From positions 1 to 42,809 of the IMG/VR virus record IMGVR_UViG_3300048857_000017: DNA of 42,809 nucleotides; one strand, written 5' to 3'. Below, piece by piece: positions 36,525 to 42,809 of the stretch. Position 1 is the first letter of the stretch. Each line of letters starts with the position of its first letter. Below the pieces are notes generated by a model that was not told the origin of the DNA, did no database searches, and saw nothing but the letters and a program-made list of their open reading frames with translations. The position numbers and the translations under genes are program-made. This DNA comes from a virus (lineage: Duplodnaviria > Caudoviricetes).

Positions 36525-36827
36525 TTACAGCCCCAGAATGCGATTGGTTCGCTCTTCATCCATCGCGCGAAGCCGCTGAAACTCGGATTCGGACCCTGCA
36601 CCCATACGCAGCAGCATGAGGTTTACGTCCAGGCCCTTCGCCCGCGCAGCAGCATCAATTTCACGACCGATTTCGTCGTCGATAAGGTCGGAATGTTCGA
36701 CTCCGATTGCGTTGGCCATGTCAGGGGAGCATCGCGCGTTCACCGCAGCCACAATGCTCGGATTGCTATCAATCCAAGTTTGCCTGCCACGTCTCAAGGC
36801 ACCCAAAATCTCTTGATCTTCGGTCAT
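36525..36827 (-). CDS. Accessory hypothetical protein (100 aa)
   Basis: AAGGGG RBS and own promoter. Confidence 0.7.
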   Translation of the reverse strand: MTEDQEILGALRRGRQTWIDSNPSIVAAVNARCSPDMANAIGVEHSDLIDDEIGREIDAAARAKGLDVNLMLLRMGAGSESEFQRLRAMDEERTNRILGL

Positions 36828-36917
36828 CTATGGCCCCTTAGTGATCTTGTCGATCGCCGATCGTACTGCTCCTCCGCCATGTCCCGCAACAATGTCTCGG
36901 ATGCGAGCAACGATACG

Positions 36918-37511
36918 CTATGTGCGGCGACCGCTGCCTCTTGGCTCAAACGGACGGCGATACCTCCATTCGAACACCAATGGCGCGATGAGGCGTCGTG
37001 CCCTAGTCAAGGAGAGTTGTACAGATTTCACTTTCCGTTTATCGCCATTGGGATACTCACCCGAGCGGTGATGCAATTCCACGAGATGTCGTCGCGCATG
37101 ACTTATATAGGCGAGCACGTCCGCAGCGTTCTGAAACTCGCTACCGTCGAGGTCCCGGATGATCTCTCTTACCCAGTCCTCAATCGTCAGGCGTGTGATC
37201 AGTTGGGCGGTGGATACATCCCTTTTCTGAGGGTCACTCTCCAGCCGTTCGATAGCAGCAAGATAGCGCCTAAACTCCGGCCACAGCGCTGTTCTGGCAT
37301 ACGTCATCCGGCGCCTGTCCTCGTGCCTGCGCATGCGGATCTCACGAGTACCCAACCAAGCAGCAACTACCGCTGCGGCCAACGTGCCAAACGCCGTCAC
37401 AACATCGAGCAGCTTAACTTCGGCGATCACCTCGGGGCGACTGGCCCACAGCCAGCCCAGCACCATCCCGCAGCACAGGGCGCCACTGACTTTCACTGTT
37501 TCGTCCTTCAC
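36918..37511 (-). CDS. Accessory membrane-anchored protein (2 N-terminal TM + helical domain)
   Basis: LLDVVTAFGTLAAAVVAAWLG, own promoter. Confidence 0.7.
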   Translation of the reverse strand: MKDETVKVSGALCCGMVLGWLWASRPEVIAEVKLLDVVTAFGTLAAAVVAAWLGTREIRMRRHEDRRRMTYARTALWPEFRRYLAAIERLESDPQKRDVSTAQLITRLTIEDWVREIIRDLDGSEFQNAADVLAYISHARRHLVELHHRSGEYPNGDKRKVKSVQLSLTRARRLIAPLVFEWRYRRPFEPRGSGRRT

Positions 37512-37642
37512 TTCTTCCGTCCGCGGAGAATCCAGAACGCCGCATCGTACCGCCTAGCGCGACGCGTGTCTGCCATGTCGCGCAACAGCCGCACGAAGCA
37601 CCAGAAGCGGGGCCGGGACTTCCCGTATCCGGGGCAGGAGGA

Positions 37643-38722
37643 TTGATGAATCCGCTCCAACAAAGAGGCTTCCCAATCCCAATAAGTCGGCTTTCCTCGT
37701 CAGTCGTGCAGACCTTTCGGATAGGCGAATACATGCTCTCGATGCCACTCAAGGTACGTGGTCTGCCTGCTGGAAAATCTCCCCACGTTTTTCGAGACGG
37801 GCAGACCCCAAGCTCGCATTGCGTTTTTGGCGCCAATGTGAACTTGCAGATCACCATTCTGCGCGAAGGAAATCCAGCCCTTGTCGAAAAGTTTGTCGAC
37901 ATGCGGAGAGAGCATGAGGCCGTTATGGCCATCAAGTCGCTCGTCGTCGTCGCTCGAGCGCCAGGGCTTAATGTGGCTCGCGATCAGAAACGATGGGTCC
38001 GAAACACCTGTCAGCCGACACGAAGTTTCGACTTTCAACACCTCCACACGATACTGCCCCTGCCCGATACGGGCTTGCTGCAATCTCAGCTTTTGCGTTT
38101 CTGGAATGCGGCGCGCACGCGTCTCAGCCTGGTCTGCAGCAACCTCTACAGCGTCCTCATCGAGTCCGGCGCGCGCGATCAGCCAACGCGCCAGGGCCAG
38201 ATCAATCTCGTGGAGGTACGAGACATTCCCGTCACCATTGGCCCTCAAAGGGGCATGCTTCTGACGCAACAGTGGGCGAATTTCATCTATGTGTTGCTTC
38301 GGGGCGATCCGTTCCGAGAGGCGCGTCCAAGAGACTGCGACCTCCAAGCCCTCGTCATTCCACCATCCCGAATATCCTTCACGGGCTTTCGCAGGGTGAG
38401 AATCCTTCGTCGCAATTCCAACCGCAAGGATCTTCTGATCCGCGTAGGAGAACACCATGTCGCCGGCGCGAACACGGCGCATGGTCAGCCAGGATTCGCG
38501 CCGAATATCGCCGTCCCTCAGTGCAGGACACCAGATGTATCCCTCGGCAAGCTCGCGCCTGAACATCCGCCCATGGTTTACCCACCAGAATTTCATGCCC
38601 ACCTCCCAGAGTCGCCGCAATCGTACTGCGGCGCCACGAGGAGCCGCAACGGCGCTCATTCTCTGCAACCACTAAGTTGCATTCAACCATCTACTTGTCA
38701 GGAGGCTGGGTCGTGGAGTTGA
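37643..38722 (+). other. Stop-free ORF antisense to the HNH gene, coupled at both ends
   Basis: AGGAGG RBS. Its start overlaps the stop of the previous ORF (TTGATG) and its stop lies 7 nt inside the methyltransferase ORF. Confidence 0.45.
37700..38596 (-). CDS. EVE/PUA-like + HNH endonuclease (VcaM4I-like modification-dependent restriction candidate)
   Basis: N-terminal FWWVNH...EGYIWCP...GDMVFSY. C-terminal RIGQGQYR...CRLTG...ASHIKPW...NGLMLSPHVDKLFDKGWISF. Confidence 0.8.
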   Translation of the reverse strand: MKFWWVNHGRMFRRELAEGYIWCPALRDGDIRRESWLTMRRVRAGDMVFSYADQKILAVGIATKDSHPAKAREGYSGWWNDEGLEVAVSWTRLSERIAPKQHIDEIRPLLRQKHAPLRANGDGNVSYLHEIDLALARWLIARAGLDEDAVEVAADQAETRARRIPETQKLRLQQARIGQGQYRVEVLKVETSCRLTGVSDPSFLIASHIKPWRSSDDDERLDGHNGLMLSPHVDKLFDKGWISFAQNGDLQVHIGAKNAMRAWGLPVSKNVGRFSSRQTTYLEWHREHVFAYPKGLHD

Positions 38723-39774
38723 ATCGCTGCTACCTGGGCGACTGCCGCGATGTCATGCGCGACCTGATCGCGCGCGATGTGCGCGTGCAGTGCATCGTCA
38801 CCAGCCCGCCGTACTTCGGTCTCCGCGACTATGGCGTGGATGGCCAACTGGGTCTAGAGCCGACGCCGGAAGAGTACGTCGGCGCACTGGTCAATGTGTT
38901 CCGCGTTGCTCGAGATCTGCTGGCCGACGACGGCACGCTCTGGCTGAACATTGGGGACAGCTATTGCTCGCGGCCAAATGGCACTGTCGGCAAGGAAAGC
39001 AGGCTGCAGGGAGCCTTCACAGGCCATACTGAGTTTCGCCGCGCACACGCGCTGCGCAAACCGGGCGTGCCGTCAGGCCTGAAGCACAAGGATCTGATCG
39101 GTGTGCCGTGGATGCTTGCGTTCGCGCTGCGCGCCGACGGCTGGTATCTACGGCAAGAAATCATCTGGCACAAGCCGAACCCGATGCCTGAGAGCGTACG
39201 CGACCGCTGCACCAAGGCGCACGAGCATCTCTTCCTGCTCACGAAGTCGGAGCGCTACGCCTTCGACGCCAGCGCGATATCCGAAGAGGCCTCCGGCGAA
39301 TTGCCTGGCAACCGGTCCGCGTTGAAAGGCACTGCACAGGATCCAGAGAAGCACCGGACCCGAGCCGGGCTGCACGCCTATGCAGAACGCCAGCGCAGCC
39401 GCCGTTACAGCTTCGCGCGGCAGACCAAGGAGTCAGCGGCGGTGCACGGCCAAACCGCCCAGCACCGCCCAGACCGCGAGGACGTCGACTATGCCGGCCG
39501 GCGCAACAAACGCAGCGTCTGGACTGTGGCCACCAAGCCTTACGCCGGCGCGCACTTCGCTGTTATGCCAGAGACGCTGGTGGAACCGTGCATCCTGGCC
39601 GGTAGCCGGCCCGGTGACATCGTGTTCGATCCATTCATGGGGTCCGGAACGGTCGCAGCCGTGGCCCAACGCCTAGGCCGCCGCTGGCTCGGCGCGGAAC
39701 TCAATCCCCAATACATCGAACTGCAGGCGCAGCGCACGCGCCAAGCCGGCCTGCAACTGGAGCATGCCACATGA
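38713..39774 (+). CDS. DNA methyltransferase, beta class (N4-C/N6-A)
   Basis: Catalytic TSPPY precedes SAM motif FDPFMGSGT. GGAGG RBS before the GTG start. Confidence 0.92.
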   Translation: MELNRCYLGDCRDVMRDLIARDVRVQCIVTSPPYFGLRDYGVDGQLGLEPTPEEYVGALVNVFRVARDLLADDGTLWLNIGDSYCSRPNGTVGKESRLQGAFTGHTEFRRAHALRKPGVPSGLKHKDLIGVPWMLAFALRADGWYLRQEIIWHKPNPMPESVRDRCTKAHEHLFLLTKSERYAFDASAISEEASGELPGNRSALKGTAQDPEKHRTRAGLHAYAERQRSRRYSFARQTKESAAVHGQTAQHRPDREDVDYAGRRNKRSVWTVATKPYAGAHFAVMPETLVEPCILAGSRPGDIVFDPFMGSGTVAAVAQRLGRRWLGAELNPQYIELQAQRTRQAGLQLEHAT

Positions 39775-39805
39775 ATACCCGTTCACTTTTCCGCTGCGCG
39801 GGCAG

Positions 39806-40492
39806 CTATCGCTCTTGGATGAACCGAACGATCGAGTCAATCTCTTCGACCGTCGTATCGAACCACTCCAAGCCAGGCACGTTCTCGCGCCAACGACCAC
39901 GATTCTTCAACGTGTTATGTACAGCGAGCTCCAATGCCCGCACTCGTTGCGCTGTCCAGGTGCCTAGTATGCGGGGATTCTCGAATGATGCGGACTTTCG
40001 GCATTGGTCCGCAACTCGCTTTTCGGCGTCACCCGAGGCGAGGCCAATCTTGATTGGGAACGGAGCGCCGTCTCGCATAAGCATGGGGAATGTGAAGGCA
40101 TACAGCGTCCCAGCTAGTGTGCTTTCTTCGACTTCCTCACCGGCGAGTTCTTCGCCTTCGAGTTCGGCCTCTTCGAGGTCGTCTTCCTCATCACCCGGGA
40201 TCCGAAAGAGTCCGGCGCCGAGGTTGATCAACTGCCCTGTGTTCTTGGCAATGAATGGCACATAGAAACGGATCGTCTTCCCGACGGACACGGAGCCGCC
40301 GGCTCGCGGACGTTCGAAGGTTGCTGCCTGCTGGTCTGTCGTGAGGTACTTGTCCGTAATGGCTCGCACGAACTCTATCAGGCGAAATTGGTCCCCGGAG
40401 GCAACTTCAGGCTGTTGCAGTATCTCCGGAAGCGCCTTGTAGCGCGCGAAGCGATAGCAGAACGAATTCGTCGGTTCGAAATCGATGTCCAT
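39806..40492 (-). CDS. GIY-YIG (T5orf172-like) nuclease with N-terminal domain and acidic linker
   Basis: GTLYAF...IKIG...KRV...LELAVH...EWF. GGAGGGAG RBS. Promoter TTGGCA-18-TACTCT at 40547-40518. Confidence 0.75.
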   Translation of the reverse strand: MDIDFEPTNSFCYRFARYKALPEILQQPEVASGDQFRLIEFVRAITDKYLTTDQQAATFERPRAGGSVSVGKTIRFYVPFIAKNTGQLINLGAGLFRIPGDEEDDLEEAELEGEELAGEEVEESTLAGTLYAFTFPMLMRDGAPFPIKIGLASGDAEKRVADQCRKSASFENPRILGTWTAQRVRALELAVHNTLKNRGRWRENVPGLEWFDTTVEEIDSIVRFIQER

Positions 40493-40615
40493 CTCTCCCT
40501 CCACTCGAAAAGCCAGCAGAGTAGGTTATGAATAAGAAATCTGCCAAGCGAAAACTTGTTCCTGCCGCCCCTTTCCGTCCACCCGCGCCCAGCGTGCCGC
40601 AGAGGGGGATGCGTG

Positions 40616-41005
40616 ATGCGTAACATGAGCTTCGCCCTGACGACAGAACAGATTCGCGCTGGCATCAAGGACGTAACGCGGCGGGCCGGCTGGCAATTCC
40701 TCAAGCCCGGGAACCTAGTGCGCCCGGTCCTGAAAGCCATGGGGTTGCGCCCCGGCGAAAAGATCCAGGCGCTGCGCCAACCGATCCGCATTGTGAGCGT
40801 ACGGCGCGAACCGCTGCGCGCGATGCTGGATGACCTGGACTATGGCTACGAAGAGGTGCGCCGCGAAGGCTTCGAGGGACATCCACAGCACGGCCACCCA
40901 AGCACCTGGGTAGACATGTTCTGCGCCTCTCACAAGGGCGTGACGCCGGACAGCCTGGTAACCCGGATCGAGTTCGAATACACCGACGAGGTCGACCATG
41001 GATAG
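40616..41005 (+). CDS. ASCH-like domain protein
   Basis: MSF...IRAGIKDVTRRAGW...VSVRREPL...REGF...RIEF. Confidence 0.7.
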   Translation: MRNMSFALTTEQIRAGIKDVTRRAGWQFLKPGNLVRPVLKAMGLRPGEKIQALRQPIRIVSVRREPLRAMLDDLDYGYEEVRREGFEGHPQHGHPSTWVDMFCASHKGVTPDSLVTRIEFEYTDEVDHG

Positions 41006-41116
41006 GCGTGAACCCGGCCAGCCCGAGGGGACGCCGCCGGCGACCTCCGGATCATCCTGCCTGGTCCACCACGGGTCTGTGGCGGCCCGCGCCCCGGAGG
41101 TTCCAGGAGGAAACCC

Positions 41117-41347
41117 GTGATCACGCTGACCCCCGAGGAAATCACCGAATTGACGCACCGCTCGCGGAAGGGGGCACAATGTGACGCCCTGAAGCAGCTG
41201 GGCATCCCCTTCAAGATCAGGCCGGACGGCACACCTGTCGTGCTCCGGGCCGCCATGGAAGCCGCGTTGGGCTATGCGAACAAGAACCAAGGACCGACAC
41301 CTCCCCGCGTGCGTCTACCAGAAGCACGGCGCCTACTATCTCGTTAA
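41117..41347 (+). CDS. Excisionase-like (DUF4224) protein
   Basis: LTPEEITELT...Q...L...GIPFKIRPDGTPVV, AGGAGG RBS, overlaps int. Confidence 0.8.
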   Translation: MITLTPEEITELTHRSRKGAQCDALKQLGIPFKIRPDGTPVVLRAAMEAALGYANKNQGPTPPRVRLPEARRLLSR

Positions 41348-42242
41348 GCAGGGGAAATGGCAGCGCCTAGGCGGCGATTTGCACGAAGCCCTGACCGAGT
41401 ACGCGCGCTTGGTCGCGGCGCCTAAGGACGGCATGCCGTCATTGATCGACAAGGCCATGCCGGCCGTCATAGAGGGCAAATCACCCTCCACGGTGACCCA
41501 GTACCAGTACTGCGCCCGGCTGCTCAAGGAAGTCTTTGCTGATTTCCGGCCGGAACAGGTCCGGCACGGCGACATCGTCCAGATGCTGGACGGTTTCAAG
41601 GATCGCCAGGCCATCGCCAACCGCATGCTGACCGTCCTTCGCCTGATCTTCCGCTGGGCCCTGGACCGAGAGCTTGTCGAGGCAGACCCGACCGTGAGCG
41701 TGCAGCGCTTCAAACAGCGATCGCGCGACCGGCTCATCAGCGATCGGGAATACGCGGCTATCTACCAGCAATCCGCCCCCTGGTTGCAGTGCGTCATGGA
41801 CCTTTGCTACCTCACGGGGCAGCGCATCGGCGACGTGCTCAAGATCGAGCGAGCGCACCTTCTGACCGAAGGCATCTTCATCGAGCAGCAGAAGACCGGC
41901 AAGAAGCTGATCGTCGGCTGGACGTCGGAGCTGCGGGAAGCCATTGAGCGGGCCAAGAAGACGGTCGGGCAGGTCCAGGCCATGACCTATATCCTGGCGG
42001 GGCGCCGCGGACGCCTACGGGCCCATGCGAACGTCTGGAAGGCCTTCAAGCTGGCAGCCAGTAAGGCCGGCGTCGAGAACGTGACGCTGCACGACTTACG
42101 GGCGATGTCGGGCACAGAAGCCGACCGCCAGGGCATGGATGCGACTGCCCTTCTCGGCCATACGGACCGTCGCACCACCCGCATTTACCTGCGCGACAAG
42201 AGCACCAAGGTGGTGGCCAGTCCGCGCAAAAAGGCTGGATAA
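41274..42242 (+). CDS. int: Tyrosine recombinase (integrase)
   Basis: TGQRIGD, QQKTG, HDLR, LGH and catalytic Y (TRIYLR). Confidence 0.93.
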   Translation: MRTRTKDRHLPACVYQKHGAYYLVKQGKWQRLGGDLHEALTEYARLVAAPKDGMPSLIDKAMPAVIEGKSPSTVTQYQYCARLLKEVFADFRPEQVRHGDIVQMLDGFKDRQAIANRMLTVLRLIFRWALDRELVEADPTVSVQRFKQRSRDRLISDREYAAIYQQSAPWLQCVMDLCYLTGQRIGDVLKIERAHLLTEGIFIEQQKTGKKLIVGWTSELREAIERAKKTVGQVQAMTYILAGRRGRLRAHANVWKAFKLAASKAGVENVTLHDLRAMSGTEADRQGMDATALLGHTDRRTTRIYLRDKSTKVVASPRKKAG

Positions 42243-42252
42243 GCGTCCAGTT

Positions 42253-42291
42253 TTAGACGACGGCAATTAGACAGGTGTTGGATTCTTAGAC
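42253..42291 (+). repeat. Three TTAGAC direct repeats, putative integrase arm sites
   Basis: TTAGAC at 42253, 42267 and 42286, between the int stop and the junction. Confidence 0.55.
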
Positions 42292-42340
42292 AATACCGGC
42301 CCGCAAGGCCAATAAATATGCGGGTCTCGTTTTTCATAAG

Positions 42341-42388
42341 GTATTCCGTCATGCCCTGGCCGCGCTGGCGTTTGCGGTCGATGCCCAT
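42341..42388 (-). pseudogene. 5' fragment of host Flp/Tad-type pilin gene interrupted by the prophage
   Basis: GGAG RBS, then MGIDRKRQRGQGMTEY (basic leader + G/xxxxEY motif). Continues into AT-rich phage sequence instead of the hydrophobic pilin helix. Confidence 0.7.
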
Positions 42389-42646
42389 GGATTTCTCCGT
42401 TGAAACGGGGTAGGCATCCAGTGTGCGCGGCCCTGGACGCGCCGCCAATTCGTACATGCCGAGGTGGATCGGAACATCACGCTGCAAGCGCGCCCCGATG
42501 GGACCGGCTGTCCCCAGCCCGGGCGTTCCAGGCACCGTCACCGATGGCCGGTGCGCACGCCGGCCGCACGGCAAGCAGCCAATGCCAGGGACGCAAGGAA
42601 AGAACACCGCGTAGGGGCGGCATATGAAGAATGGCGGGCGGAGGAT

Positions 42647-42675
42647 AAAAAAAACGCCGCCCCGTGGGCGGCGTT
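42647..42675 (-). terminator. Intrinsic terminator of the entericidin gene
   Basis: AACGCCGCCC hairpin followed by a T tract on the minus strand. Confidence 0.75.
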
Positions 42676-42699
42676 CGAACCATCAGTACGACGCGGCGT

Positions 42700-42809
42700 T
42701 CATTTCTCCGCGGCGTTGCTGATGGCATTGCCGGCGCGCTGGATGTCCTTGCCGGCACCGGCAATCGTATTGCATCCCGCCAGCACCATCGCGAAGACTA
42801 CCAACGTCG
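42700..42809 (-). CDS. Entericidin A/B family lipoprotein (5' end outside window), host gene
   Basis: LVVFAMVLAGCNTIAGAGKDIQRAGNAISNAAEK*. Confidence 0.85.
   Translation of the reverse strand, partial: TLVVFAMVLAGCNTIAGAGKDIQRAGNAISNAAEK

Larger units (their letters stand above)
35712..37646 (+). other. Long stop-free ORF antisense to three cassette genes
   Basis: ATG follows the upstream TGA after a single nucleotide. In codon register with the three minus-strand genes. No recognisable protein family. Confidence 0.45.
36449..38649 (-). repeat. Four copies of a cassette promoter element (ATCGTAC...CGCAAC on +)
   Basis: ATCGTAC at 36449, 36860, 37544 and 38620 gives -10 TACGAT on the minus strand, with -35-like CTGACA, TTGCGG, CAGACA and TTGCGG 17-18 bp upstream. 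Confidence 0.7.
1..42340. mobile_element. Lambdoid HK97-like temperate prophage (left end outside window)
   Basis: Ordered modules for lysis, tail, head, terminase, Q-like, replication, cII/cro/cI, recombination, xis and int. The right junction follows int and interrupts a host pilin gene. Confidence 0.95.

Noticed and set aside
35574-37646. The 690-aa plus ORF as a conventional folded protein
   Set aside because: No recognisable motifs, whereas the minus-strand ORFs have RBSs, promoters and protein-like sequence. Kept only as a possible read-through ORF.
42685-42701. AGTACGACGCGGCGTT resembling the cassette element
   Set aside because: Host side, lacks TACGAT and has no downstream gene. 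Probably chance.
42243-42809. tRNA or tmRNA at the attachment site
   Set aside because: No cloverleaf was found. The junction fits a protein-coding pilin target.

Overview
Nearly the whole window (1 to about 42340) is a lambdoid/HK97-like temperate siphovirus prophage in a GC-rich host. The host is probably a betaproteobacterium of the Achromobacter/Bordetella type (inference). From left to right it holds: an accessory end (DUF3606-like fragment, ATP-dependent ligase, small gene + HTH operon, lipoprotein); lysis, tail, head and packaging genes on the minus strand; a late promoter and Q-like gene; VRR-NUC, an iteron origin, primase-polymerase, cII, cro and cI with mapped operators; an immunity-region cargo (helical protein + HEPN pair, Arc remnant, DUF2569-like membrane protein); and the PL early operon on the plus strand (AAA_24, DUF669, Cas4-like nuclease, helicase, methyltransferase, ASCH, xis, integrase). 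The right junction lies inside the 5' end of a Flp/Tad pilin gene, with host entericidin beyond it. The left attachment site is not in the window. The most unusual feature is in the PL operon, where five reverse-oriented accessory or defence-like genes each have their own promoter. Four of them share a repeated ATCGTAC...CGCAAC element and sit in exact codon register with long stop-free plus-strand ORFs that abut or overlap the flanking operon genes. This suggests a frame-preserving antisense cassette array. All protein family calls come from motif recognition by eye, not database searches.
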